Shown in pieces: positions 13,168 to 27,330 of a stretch of DNA of 64,000 nt. Numbering within the stretch: the stretch's first letter is position 1; each line of letters opens with the position of its first letter. The position numbers were made by a program, and so were the translations under genes. Location of the stretch: assembly GCA_951406725.2 (NCBI GenBank), contig OX597822.1:107198001-107262000 (forward strand). Direction: 5' to 3'. This DNA is from Octopus vulgaris. Taxonomy: Eukaryota. Below the pieces are notes generated by a model. That model saw only the letters and a program-made list of their open reading frames with translations. It had not been told where the DNA came from and did not search any database.

Positions 13168-14460
13168 GGACGTGAATAATACTCAGAATCTAGTAAGTAA
13201 CTCGAAGAAATCCTACATGACTGATGATGATAACAATTTTTACTGAAAATAAAGCACAACATCATATGTCTAATTTTATTCTTAAAAGCCTCTGAATTCC
13301 CCGCCATACTTTATTGAACACCTCTGGCAGACGTGAATCCATGTATGATGATTTAACTCTGCGTATGTCATGGACACAGTTTCATGAGAAGTAGAAAGCG
13401 CCGACTTGGAATGTATTCTCTCGCTGAAGATCAGAGGTAGACACACAACAAATTTTCATAATATAAATTCAGAAGATATACAGTAAAAGCGGGATAAGAC
13501 AAGGTAACTAATGTTGGTTTTGGTCAAACGGTCCAAAAATTAACCTCACGTTTGCAATCCCGCAACAGGAAATATCTACAACATGTGATACAGAATAGAA
13601 ATAGGGATCTATGAAAAAAGCAAACAAAAACTAATTGTAATAGCCTGTGTGCACTCTGGATTAATACTGAAGATATGATCCACATCATAAGCAGTTCTCT
13701 GGAAATGTCATCACGATGGTAACTGCTTATAAGTTATACGGATATGCCAATAGCCCTATTCAAAACAATTGTTGGAGAGTATAATTAGGAATATCAATAT
13801 ATATATAAACGTACAGAGATGGTGAAGTCAGGGAAAACATAGGAAATACATCGGGAAAATTCCAACAAATAATGTATAATGATCCGTGAGACAAAAAATG
13901 TTTACAGTACTAGAAATTGATTGACCAGCAGACGATAACACAAACATTTAAGATTAAAGGGACAATAAATATTTATCACGCACTAATGAAGAATTAACTG
14001 ATAAGGCAACAAAACTACAAGTCTAGATTTATGTGTAGGGTTATTAGAATGCTTGTTTGTCTAACATAGTGTATCCAGATCGTTTTTGGAAGATGAAATT
14101 TATTAAACCAGAAACAAATGAGCTACAAGGTATACTGTAACTGTAAAAATGTGTACAATCTTCCACACGTTTAACGTGTAGTATGTGCCCCTGCGCATGA
14201 CTGTTCATAGAATTTGGAGATAACTGCAAGTATTCGTTTGATGATTCTACATCGTAGTCTTCGGCGTTTACCTCGAAAGGCCATATAAATGTAGCTCTGT
14301 CTTTATCTCCCAATACACGCATACATATGTACATTCATACATACATACATTCATACATACATACACACATACATACACACATGCACACACACATATATAT
14401 GTGTATATGTATGTATATATATATATATGTATGTATGCATATGTATATATATATATATAT

Positions 14461-14560
14461 ACTGAGAATTTACAAAATAAAAATAAAAGACGAAGACTGG
14501 TGTGCTAACAACAAGCACTTGTATTAGTTTAACGCTCGGGAAGTGAGAAAGTCTTTTACG
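14461..14560 (-). repeat. Truncated copy of a microsatellite-adjacent repeat also at 59532-59730
   Basis: Shared segment gtattagt(t/a)taacgctc(g/a)ggaa and an upstream gaaga..ggtg segment. Confidence 0.6.
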
Positions 14561-14770
14561 GGCTAAACACAGAGAAGACAAACAAGGACAGACACTGGGA
14601 TTAAATCGATTACATCGACCCTAGTGCATAACTGGTACTTAATTGATCGACCCCGAAAAGATGAAAGGCAAAGTCGACCTCGGCGGAATTTGAACTCAGA
14701 ACGTAACGGCTGACGAAATACGGCTACGCATTTCGCCCGGCGTGCTAACGTTTCTGCCAGCTCGCCGCCT
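14560..14770 (-). mobile_element. SINE family B copy
   Basis: Reverse complement of 17314-17545. Confidence 0.9.
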
Positions 14771-15914
14771 GTTACTTGTACATAAGTACTTATATTCATA
14801 TTAAACATTTAATTTATACCTTAATATTAATACGATATTTATTAAGATACCTATTAATATTGTTAATATTTATGTTTACCTCAGTTAGATCGTTCATTTC
14901 TTTTCTCATTGCTGTACACTAATATCGATGACGTAATATTCAACCATGGTATTTAATAAGCAGTTTTGACTCGTCATCATTTCGAGCTATCAGCACTTTA
15001 ACACGAACACACAAATATATAAGAAGGGTAACGGTTTTTAAAACATACGTGTTGCTAAAACACACATATCTGATCCTATCAAAGGCCAGCCAACACATTG
15101 GAGTGTAGATCCTTTCTAACAAATTCTTTCCCCTGACGAAATACCGAATTTACGATATTCGATATGAAAATTTAGATAATTTAAGTTTAATTTAATTCCT
15201 AAAATTGAATTAATTTGGTATGAAAACAGCTGTAGGTGTAAAGAATTTGGTGTTATGCTAAATGGAATTTGTTCAAATAAATTTATGTTTGTATATTAAT
15301 ATCTCTGTTTTCTTTTTTTCTCATACAAGAATATTTATACACACAAATCCATCTATATGGAACTGATATCTTTGAGTTTTCACTGAAACACTGTATATAA
15401 CCTGGGAAATTTGATGGTAACATCCATTTAAGAGGGTTTGATATCCTTGATGTAATTATATATATATATATATACATTCACACGTATACTTACATGAACC
15501 TGTTCGAAGTCCTGTGGGTACCTTCCAACACCTAATGACAAAATGCTAATGCTACATATTAGGGTGCGCAGAAGAGAGAAGCACTTTTAGTATTTGCTAT
15601 GTGGAACTGTATTCGTATAATATTCCAATAACTAAAAGAATATTAGAGCTAGCCGCAACGTTCTCACGATACGTAAGAATTGCATTTGGTCAGGATAGCA
15701 GTTCAAATACGACAGCAGGAGTGTTGATCACGAATATAAACACATATACACTAACACGCACTCGCATGCTAATATGCAGGCACACTCGCGTACACACACA
15801 TACATACACAAGCTAAAAATGCTCAATTTCCTTTATGCAGAACTCTATATAGATTCTAGGCTTTCTACTCATTACGAACTTAGGTTGTAGGTAGTGATTT
15901 TGTTCATTACTTCA

Positions 15915-16270
15915 GGGTGTGACGAACCTGCCTGATACGAGACCCGGGCTCAGCTGGCTCCGGCTAACAGTATCCGGTGTGGGCCCCTAACCAGGGTTAC
16001 GGAAAGGAGACAACCTTCAAAGAAATCCGGAGTGGAGCCCCGTAGGCGGTTTAGTGTTCGACTCGCCACTCTTCCGGCAGCTCCTGCAACCAAAGCTGGT
16101 GCCAAATGCAATGCTCTGCACTCCTTTGGACTAAGTCAGCAGGGTCGAGAGGGGAATGCTGACGATTGGGCTACCCAGGATTTTCTTATATCTACCACAG
16201 GCCTGTGCAACACTGGAGAGGAAACTGGAAAGAACATGGAATGTAAAAGCCAGACTGGATTAGTTTAAGC
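15915..16270 (+). mobile_element. GC-rich repeat fragment resembling an RTE-type LINE 5' UTR
   Basis: GC-rich island. The segment cggcagctcctgcaaccaaagctggtgccaaa...gagaggggaatgctgacg resembles RTE 5' regions from memory; no second copy in the window. Confidence 0.4.
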
Positions 16271-17313
16271 GCAACTCCATTGTCTCCCGACACAAAAGAA
16301 TACTGACACATCATTACGAACTAAATGTGATTCGTTATAATACAGTCGACTGGTACCGATAATCCAGGTAATTCAACTGCTTCTGGAAGATAAGATGAGT
16401 TGGTGTGTATTTTCGCCCGGTAAAATAAACGACAGAGATGAAGATGAATGCAGCAATAATGATAATATCGGTATTAAATTTTGGCAGAAGGCCAACAATT
16501 TCAGGGGAGAAGGTAAATCGATTACAGCAGCCCTAGGGCTCAGCTGCTACTTGTTTTATCGACTCTGAAAGATTGAAAGATAAAGTCAACCTCAGTAGCA
16601 TTTAAACTCAGAACAAAGATGGACGAAATGCAGTTAACCATTTTGCCTTTTGTGGTCACGATTCTGCAAGCTCGCTGCCCTTAATAATGATAGTGTTAAC
16701 AATATTGAGAATTGTGCTAAAATTATCAAAATAATACGTGCAGCATAAATGTTTATCATATTGATTATATTGTAATGGGGAAGAAAAAATATTACTAATA
16801 AAACGATATTGTACATCTCTCTACGAATTATTTCACGTTATATCCCTATGAAAATGAATCTAAGTGTAAGGAAAGAGAAAATGTTCTACTCAATGGCCAT
16901 TGCAAACGTAATAATAGAGTTTATAAATGTATTGTTAAAACCCATAATTCCAAATTCTACATTGGTTCCACCTGTAAAATTAAAGATATTGCACACATTA
17001 TCATCCATTTTGTAAAAATGCCCTAAAGAGCTGTGCTTCTCTTGTTGAACACATTTTCAAATTGAAAGGTGAAAATGTTCCTTAGAATTTAGAAGGTCGA
17101 TATTGAAATTTGCAAATTCTTATTAGGGTGGTAAAAAAGATGCGTCAGTTCTGTATGTAAGAATTTAAAATATTACTATGCGTTACCAACGTTCTTTACT
17201 TAATTCCACACATGAAGCGATTATAACTGTGATCATTTGAACTCTTTTCATTTTGCTAAATACACAAATAGCGTAAGGATAAAAATAAAAGAAAATTATA
17301 TCCAACGTGAGAA

Positions 17314-17545
17314 AGGCGGCGAGCTGGCAGAAACGTTAGCACGCCGGACGAAATGCTTTGCGGTATTTCGTCCGCCGCTGCGTTCTGAGTTCAAATTCCG
17401 CCGAGGTAGACTTTGCCTTTCATCCTTTCGGCGTCGATAAATTAAGTACCAGTTACGCACTACTGTCGATGTAATCGATTTTATCCGTTTGTCTGTCCTT
17501 GTTTGTCCTCTCTGTGTTTAACCCCTTGTGGGTAGTAAAGAAATA
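17314..17545 (+). mobile_element. SINE family B full-length copy (tRNA-like head, conserved central domain of Meta/Nin type)
   Basis: Head ggcggcgagctggcagaa, B-box gagttcaaattcc, domain gcctttcatcctttcgg.gtcgataaattaagtacc and tail gtagtaaagaaata. Confidence 0.9.
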
Positions 17546-18033
17546 TATATACGAAGTGGGGTTGAAAAGTTCATAGCTTTAAGGATATCGCACGAGTCCA
17601 GACAGAATACGAACCATATCAGTTCTTTTACTTATCAACATTCTTCTTTTAGAAGAATCGAGGTGAAGACTTCAAATACCATACTTTGATATCATATGGC
17701 ATTATGACAATATAATGATAGTGAAAGATCGACAATTAAATATTCTAATAGGTTCTTAGGTCAACGTTAAGATGATATTGGTGCACTGCTTGCGTGTACC
17801 TTAATAAGATTAGAGAAAATAGCATCTTTCTTCATTGTAGTGGTTTACTATTTTTGCCTGAGATCCGTTCACGGAACGCAACTCTAGAACTTGCCATTTC
17901 ACTTTTTACATGAAACCAGTTTTATCTGTTGTTTGCTAACGCTACAGTTTAGCGAGTTATGTTCACGCAGCAGCTAATGATAGAGTGAGTGAAAGGTGGG
18001 CAGAGGGGAAAACAGAGAGAAAGAGAGACAAAG

Positions 18034-18105
<72 letters not shown>

Positions 18106-18280
18106 TGACAGAGTAAGAGAGTGCGTGAAATATGTTATTTATACGGAAGAAAGGCCGGTAATTGACATATGACCTTTAAGCTACACACACAGATATGTGT
18201 GAGTATGCAATTTTTTGCATACATACATATATATATATGTATGCAAAAAATTGCATATATATAGAGTGTATATATATGTA

Positions 18281-18326
<46 letters not shown>

Positions 18327-18435
18327 TATATATATATGTATATTTATATCTATATAACTGTATACATACATAGATATAGATATATGTGTGTATGTATATA
18401 TATATATATAAATACATATATATATATATACACAC

Positions 18436-18466
<31 letters not shown>

Positions 18467-19495
18467 CGTGTGTGTGTGCGTCTGTGTGAATGTATGTGTA
18501 TACGATTGGGAATCTACTCGCAATTATTTTTCATATACTGAATGCATTATACAAAATGTTATCACACTACATATACAGCTGCGTATATATATATCCAGAC
18601 TTGGCGGTATTCAAAGTAACAAAAACTATAAGAGAAGATGCACAATACAGAAAGAAAGAAAATGCTGAGCTGGAAAGATGCAAATTTGGTACATTATAAA
18701 TAAAATACTGATTACCTTACATAACTTGTACCAATCGATACTATTTCGGTAACAACACATATCTCTGCAGTTTTGATCATTAGTTTTCTTCTATTTTCAA
18801 AGGGCAATCTTTCTCGAAATATTATTGAATCAGTAAACAACCTATGTAAGGTGATGTAGTATCTTTTCTATTTGTTTTAATTCATTGATATCATACTACA
18901 TATGTTGTTTAATTTCTAAATAGCATTGCTCAAAGATTTTTCCCATCATTTATATAGTATAATTGCCATGCAAAGCTTAAAAAAGAATACGGGAAATTTA
19001 ACCATCTGGTCGTTATGCTCTTTCGTATGGAATTGTCTGTTAGCATAATTTTAGGAACACAAAGTTTTGCATTATAGCATTAAAGCAACACTCGTGCAAT
19101 TAAGCAAATAAGTTTTTATACACTTGAAGAAACACCTCAAGGAAGAATCACCTCAAAGCAGCAAGGAAATGTCACTTGTTATGCCATATATCCTCTACGC
19201 TATACGAATGAATTGTTTCTAACATCAGAGTGTCCCCGGATTCAAATTTTGCTCAAAGATAGATATGAATTAGATGTAGATGACAGTATAAGTAAATGAA
19301 ATATTCACCGAGGGTAGATACTCTCGAATTTCTTTATCTTATTTCATGGTATGACACTTTTGTCCGAATGAGATGGTTTCAACATTGAGCTAAATGGCCG
19401 GCAAAACCATTCTTTTCTATTTCTTAGGGAAGGTCAGTAGATTACATAAGTTAAATTATAATTATTGCATGTATACTATATTACCTGATATTATA

Positions 19496-19540
<45 letters not shown>

Positions 19541-19678
19541 GCATACATATGTGTGTATGTGTGCTTGTTTGTGTATGTGTATGTGCATTATACACACACT
19601 CACACATAGTCAAAATATTATTTTTAATAATAAAAACTATTTTAAATATTCTCAGTGCATTTTCAACTTCTAATGTTC

Positions 19679-19784
<106 letters not shown>

Positions 19785-20260
19785 ACATATAAGCTCTTCT
19801 AGTGGCCCCGGTTATCATACCACACTGTAATCCAATACCGATGAGTATGATGTAGAATTCTTTGCAGTTCAAATCCAGAGGTTTTCAATCGATGAAATTA
19901 TTTCATGGAGAGTTGCATACGTTGTATGTATAAAAGAATATTTTGTATGTAGTTGAAGCCTTGGTGTAACCATTATGCTCTGGTGATCTGAAGGGCAAGC
20001 CTTCTAAATCTGCATTCATTTTGAAATGTGCTAATATATGGTACAATGCGTTGCCTGCATATTGGTGCAAATATGTTAAAAAGTTTATTATACTGAAAAG
20101 GCACAGACGTGGCTGCGTGATAAGAGGTTTGCTTTCCATCCACATGGTTCCAGGTTCAGTTCCACTGCATGGCTGTTTGGGCAAGTGTCTTCTACTAAAA
20201 CCTCGGGCCTACCAAAAGCCCTGTGAATGGATTTGGTAGACGGAAACTGAAAGAAGCCCG

Positions 20261-20326
<66 letters not shown>

Positions 20327-20333
<7 letters not shown>

Positions 20334-21448
20334 GAGACGCTGCTAGTAAGGTGAGGGTTGGCAACGAGTACAGTGAAGAATTCCGGGTAGTGGTTGGGGT
20401 CCACCAAGGTTCAGTCCTCATTCCCCTCCTATTTATCATAGTCTTCCAGGCAATAACGGAGGAATTCAAGACAGGATGTCCCTGGGAGCTCCTCTATGCT
20501 GATGACTTTGCTCTAATTGCTGAATCACTATCAGAACTGGAGGAGAAGTTTCAGGTGTGGAAGCAAGGATTAGAATCGAAGGGCCTTAGAATCAACCTAG
20601 CCAAAACCAAAGTACTGATAAGTAGGAAGGTAGACCAATCACAAACGCCTTCAGGTAGATGGCCCTGCTCGATCTGTAAAAAAGGTGTAGGTAGAAACTC
20701 TGTAAGGTGCACCAAGTGTAAGCTATGGACACATAAGAGGTGCAGCAACGTCAAAGGAAGGCTAACTAGGAAAATGGTTTTTGTCTGTGGCAGATGCTCA
20801 GGAGCAATAAACACTGAAAATGTGCAGAGACCAACTTTTACCACGTTCCAGGGAGAAAAACTAAAAGTAGTTGATAGCCTCCGCTACCTAGGTGACCAAG
20901 TCAGTAGCGGGGGTGGGTGTGCTGAAAGTGTAACTGCTAGAGTAAGAATAGCCTGGGCAAAGTTTAGAGAGCTCTTACCCCTGCTGGTGACAAAATGCCT
21001 CTCGCTCAGAGTAAAAGGCAGACTGTATGATGCATGTGTACGTACAGCCATGCTACATGGTAGTGAAACATGGGCTGTGACTGCTGAGGATATGCGTAAG
21101 CTCGCAAGAAATGAAGCCAGTATGCTCCGATGGATGTGTAATGTCAGTGTTCATAATCGTCAGAGTGTAAGTACCTTGAGAGAAAAGTTGGACCTAAGAA
21201 GCATCAGTTGTGGTGTGCAAGAGAGACGTTTGCACTGGTATGGTCATGTGACGAGAATGGCTGAAAATAGTTGTGTGCAAAAGTGCCACACCCTAGCAGT
21301 TGAGGGAACCTGTGGAAGAGGTAGACCCAGGAAAACCTGGGACGAGGTGGTCAAGCACGACCTTCGAACTTTAGGTCTCACCAAGGAAATGACTAGAGAC
21401 CGAGACCTATGGAAGTATGCTGTGCGTGAGAGGGCCCGGCAAGACTAG
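20327..21448 (+). CDS. RTE-type reverse transcriptase, C-terminal 373 aa, with an embedded PHD-like C4HC3 finger
   Basis: Motifs GVHQGSVL, LLYADD, GLRINLAKTK, RYLG, WYGHV and RGRPRKTW, in an uninterrupted frame. Confidence 0.92.
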
Positions 21449-22078
21449 TGAGACCATGGCCCGTGGCCTCTACCTGGTATGTAGCCAGTCGACTTACACA
21501 TACCTTTCCTTCTTGGGACACAAAACTCCACTTGTGAAGACCCGTCAAGTGAAAATCAAAAATCAAAATCAAACCAAATCAAATCAGATATCAGAAAGCA
21601 GAATCAAAATCGAAGTCGATCAACATCAATGGAAATTGCAGCTGTGATACCAGTGCCGGTGACAAGTAAGCGAACCATCCGATCGTGGCCTTTTTCAGCG
21701 TCGCCCCGACTGGCCTCCGTGCCGGTGACACGTAAAAAGCACCATCCGTTCGTGGCCGTTGCCAGCCTCGCCTGGTCACCGTGCCGGTGGCACGTAAAAA
21801 GCACCATCCGATCATGGCCGTTGCCAGCCTTGCCTTGCCCCCGTGCCGGTGGCACGTAAAAAGCACCATCCGTCCGTGGCCACTTGCCAGATCCGTGTGG
21901 CACCTGTGCGGGTGGCACGTAAAAAGCACCCACTACACTCACGGAGTGGTTGGCGTTAGGAAGGGCATCCAGCCGTAGAAACATTGCCAGATCAGACTGG
22001 GCCTGATGCAGCCTTCTGGCTTCACAGACCCCAGTTGAACCGTCCAACCCATGCTAGCATGGAAAGCGGACGCTAAAC

Positions 22079-22111
<33 letters not shown>
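20327..22111 (+). mobile_element. 5'-truncated RTE-clade LINE with 3' UTR tandem repeats and a (GAT)n tail
   Basis: RT ORF 20327-21448, 62-66-bp tandem units at 21653-21931, and a tail ...cgctaaacga(tga)n. Confidence 0.93.
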
Positions 22112-22113
<2 letters not shown>

Positions 22114-22529
22114 GTGTGGTTGTGTCTATGTTTGACCCCCTATCACCGCATGACAACCGGTGTTGGTGTGTTTATGTCACCGTACCTTAGCAATTCTGCA
22201 AAATAGACTGATAGAATGAGTCCTAGGCTTAAGAAAAGACCCTGAATGATTCATTCGAATAAAACCCTTCAAGGCCGCAGCCAAATGACTTAAACAAGTA
22301 AAAGAGAAAAAGAAAAAGGAAGAATAATCTGAAATTACTATTATATGATGAAGGCTGTGAAACGGCTTCCATGTCAGGTAGTTAAATAGATGTTTCACAT
22401 TTCATACCATCCGTCTTTTTAGGGTGTCATGCACACACATGTACACACATACACACACATACACGCACATACACATGCACACATACACACACAATACCAG
22501 GGCGTCTTAGCCGAAATATTAACTTATTA

Positions 22530-22844
22530 GGATCTTGTCGCATTGACCGGCAGATTTTAAAAATAATTTCTTGCATTTCGGCAATTTCAACCAATCAATG
22601 ACGTCTATTAAGGTGAATCCAATTCGTCCGTATCGTTGTCAACAACAATTATTTCCGGCGATTTGTTGAAATTCCCGAAATGCAAGAAATTAAAGAACAA
22701 ATAGCTTACAAACTACAGAATTTTCTCAAGAAACTCAAGAGAAAAGATGTTTTATGTAACACATTCTACCAGTATACGAAGTTTTAAAGTGTTTACTTAC
22801 AAAGAAGTCATTTTAAAAATCTGCCGGTCAAAGCGAAAAGATCC
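22530..22844. mobile_element. MITE with about 35-bp TIRs and an 8-bp TSD
   Basis: TIRs ggatcttgtcgcattgaccggcagattttaaaaat / ttttaaaaatctgccggtcaaagcgaaaagatcc. TSD acttatta at 22522-22529 and 22845-22852. Confidence 0.9.
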
Positions 22845-23093
22845 ACTTATTATGCCATTTCTTTTACGTTCGATGCAATCGACTTCTGAATGAGCACACC
22901 AATCAAGGAAAAGGCAGAGAGATGCTCATGGGAGATATTTCACTCCACAGTAAATATAACCAGTGCCTTCCGAAACTCAAAATCACAAACAAACATAGGA
23001 ATGGTCTATGATGTGCCCGGTGGTTCATCCTTAATTTTCGCTGAGTTGTATTTTTTTAAATGAGGACATAAAGAAAAATCTCGTTCCTGTTAT

Positions 23094-23600
23094 TCACACA
23101 GTTCTTAAGATTTTTAAAAGATACGGTTTTTCAAGCGGGCATACGGAACATCGTTTTGACCCGTTAATATAGGGTTTGGTCTTAGAAAGGATCTCCCAGT
23201 TGATATCGTAGCTGACGTTCTCGCCCTTAAGTTTCGAGATTAAAACCTGAGGGTCGTCGCATACTTCTTCGCGGAGTGTCTCGAAGTTAACATATGGATA
23301 TTGTCTTGCATTACAATTTTTGCGTATTGATTCAGTATAAAGATTGGTCTCTGTCCAGTCATTACCATAGTTTGCGGATACTTGGTTTCGTAAACAATGG
23401 AAGAAATATCGCATGCCTGTCCAAGAGGACAGTTAAATTTATCTCTGCATGTGCATTAAGGGCAGGTTGTGAGCGTTTTTTTATTTTATTGATGTAGAGC
23501 TTTACATTAAGGGGTGTAGGCGTGTATATAGGATTTTAAACCGTATACCTATTTAATATCTTGTTACATCTATGGTTGCAGGGAAAGTTGCATGCATTAA
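23094..23600 (-). pseudogene. Penelope-like element relic (zinc-knuckle and GIY-YIG C-terminal region)
   Basis: Motifs NFPCNHRCNKILNRYTV, CTCRDKFNCPLGQAC and INWEILSKTKPYINGSKRCSVCPLEK. Confidence 0.8.
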
Positions 23601-24438
23601 TCTGGACACTTAAGGAGGAGAACGTCAGTTGCGACAGGAAATATATCAATTCATACACACATATATGCATAGATATATACATACAATCATGAATGTCTAT
23701 ATACATACACACGCACACACATATATATGTATGTATGTATCTATTTATCTATATGTGTGTGCGTGTTTGTGTGTGTGTGTGTGCGTGTGTGTGTGTGTGT
23801 GTGTGCGTGCCTGTTTACGCGTAATCGTATCCACATTTGCAGATGCTAAAAGAGAAAATGAATATTTGATGCAGAAAGTTGCGATTGCTAATCCGAATTT
23901 CAATGGACATGCATATACATAATTATCATTTTAAATTACATTGAATCATAATAAAACGTTTTAACGAGAAACAGTAATTTGATTGCTTGTCATAGTATTA
24001 TAAAGTTAGTGTTGATCTATTGGGTAAAATATAAAACAATTACAAACAGAAAATGGCGATTAGAAAAACATTCACAAATAAAAACAAATAAAACGAAAGA
24101 GTAATAAATATGGCGCAAAAGTATAATGTGCTGACGAAACAAAAAAGAAAAACACAAATAATATATGTAAATTGTGAAATACGAACTGCGAAAGTTATTG
24201 TCATTGCACGATTTATGGGCCAGTGGAAATAAATAAGATTTTGATTCATAATTTACTGTGAATATTTCATAATTTTTAACTAAGTGTTATGGTAAACGTA
24301 AAATAACATAAAATAAAATCTGACAATTTAATAACATTGTTTCCGTTATAAAAAAGATGTAGAGATTTTATTTCAGCCATATTATTTGTTGCCTCCATAT
24401 TTGTTGTCATGTCCATATATATATACGAATATCTATCC

Positions 24439-24617
<179 letters not shown>

Positions 24618-24880
24618 AATCTATCTATCTGCCTATCTATCTATCAATCTATCTATCTGCCTATCTATCTATCTATCTATCTATCTTCTATATGTATATA
24701 TTATGACATCACTTGATACTGTGTCGACTAAGATCCCCCTTGACAGACCGCTGGTATTTATAGAGTGCTAAACATTTTCGATACGCAAATTAGGACCTCC
24801 TTCATAGGGTAGCTGCTGCATTTGTTGAGTATATAGACACTTTGGCTGCTTGTTTCTCTGGGGATTATCAAAGTGATGTG

Positions 24881-24940
24881 AACGCCTCTGATGAGAACCC
24901 AATAAGGTCCGAAAATTTATTAAGTTTGCCCATCGGTGTT
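24881..24940 (+). ncRNA. Decayed hammerhead-like motif in a microsatellite-flanked element (about 24703-24976)
   Basis: AACGCC.T-CTGATGA-GAACC(CAATAA)GGTCC-GAAA...ATC-GGTGTT. The core boxes are exact, but stem III is unclear. Confidence 0.45.
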
Positions 24941-24991
24941 TTATTCAGTCTGCGGAGAAATGGCTAAAATTTGCCATATATATATATTATA

Positions 24992-25027
<36 letters not shown>

Positions 25028-25037
25028 TTATAATTAT

Positions 25038-25086
<49 letters not shown>

Positions 25087-25094
25087 AATAAAAG

Positions 25095-25312
25095 CGCCCT
25101 TTTAAAGCCTAGCCAGGATCATGTGTCCGGTTTCCTGGTTTCTATGCCAGTCCATCGCAGCGTTTTCATTTTTGCCAGCTGAGTGGACTGGAGCAACGTG
25201 AAATGAAGTGTTTTGCTCAAGAACACAACGCGCCATCCGGTCTAGGAATTGAAACCACAATCTTACGATCATGATGCTGACACCCTAACCACTAAGCCAC
25301 GCACCTCCACAC
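25095..25312 (-). mobile_element. SINE family C-related copy
   Basis: Core cagctgagtggactggagcaacgtgaaatgaagtg plus a tRNA head. Confidence 0.82.
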
Positions 25313-25469
25313 AGACACACACATCAGAACCATGAAGAATTTGTACCGGCTTTTTGCAGTTTTGCATTTTTTAAAACATTTGTTTGCAATTTTCTGATTA
25401 TACAGGCATAGACCTGCTCAAATGCTTCGATAAATTAAGATTGGTATTTTTTCACCGTTGTTACAATAA

Positions 25470-26380
<911 letters not shown>

Positions 26381-26390
26381 TATACATATA

Positions 26391-26835
26391 CGGGAGCAGG
26401 AGGACTGTGTGGTAACTGGCTTGCATCCCACCCTCACGGTTCCGCGTTCAGTCCAACTGCGTAGCACCTTGGTTTTTGGTCTTATTCTATAGCCTCGGCC
26501 CGCCCAAAGCTTTTTGAGTGGATTTAGTAGACGGAAACTGAAAGAAGCCTGTCATATATATAATTCCTGGGGTCGATTCGTTCGGCTAAAACCGGTGCTC
26601 CAGCATGATCGCACGCAAATGATTGAAACAAATAAAAGAATATAAGAATATGCTGTATATATAAAGGTGCTGGGGCACCGCTTTGAAGAGTTCTTTGTCG
26701 AATGAATTGACATCAATCCGTCTCTTTTGCCTAACGGGGACGTAAACAAACCAACAGCGGTAGTCAATTTATGGAGGTAAAACACAGAGAGCAAGATACA
26801 CACACACAAAGACACAAAGACACATCCACCATCGC
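26391..26835. mobile_element. Rearranged SINE family A fragments in both orientations
   Basis: Head at 26391-26555 (+), tail at about 26565-26640 (+), and an inverted partial copy at about 26665-26835. Confidence 0.7.
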
Positions 26836-26935
26836 CCACGCACACATACATATACACATACATATATATGTATATATAAAACATATAAATATATATATAT
26901 GTATATATACATATATATATATATAAATATATATC

Positions 26936-26967
<32 letters not shown>

Positions 26968-27107
26968 TATAAATATGTATATATGTATATATAATCATAT
27001 ATGTATATAAATATGTATATATATATGTATATATATATACATATGTATATAAATATGTATATATATACGTATAAATATATATATATATATTAAATTATAT
27101 ATATATA

Positions 27108-27223
<116 letters not shown>

Positions 27224-27241
27224 TAGATAGTAGATAGATAT

Positions 27242-27330
<89 letters not shown>

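Larger units (their letters stand above)
20100..22310 (+). mobile_element. SINE family A copy split by an RTE LINE insertion (head 20100-20265, tail 22112-22310)
   Basis: Both halves match the family A consensus on either side of its internal microsatellite. Confidence 0.8.

Noticed and set aside
18716-18780. MIKTAEICVVTEIVSIGTSYV-AG|GTAATC as the first exon
   Set aside because: It is phase-compatible and has an ATG, but acidic residues break the hydrophobic core; weaker than the 34904 candidate, though not excluded.
21653-21931. HDV-like ribozyme or CRISPR-like array in the RTE 3' UTR repeats
   Set aside because: I could not build the nested double pseudoknot. The inter-motif parts are homologous rather than unique spacers, and there are no cas genes.
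24040-24249. Hydrophobic 69-aa minus ORF as the signal-peptide exon
   Set aside because: A phase-2 GT exists, but the donor is weak (TT|GTAATT) and the hydrophobic run is too long; it is explained by T-rich composition.
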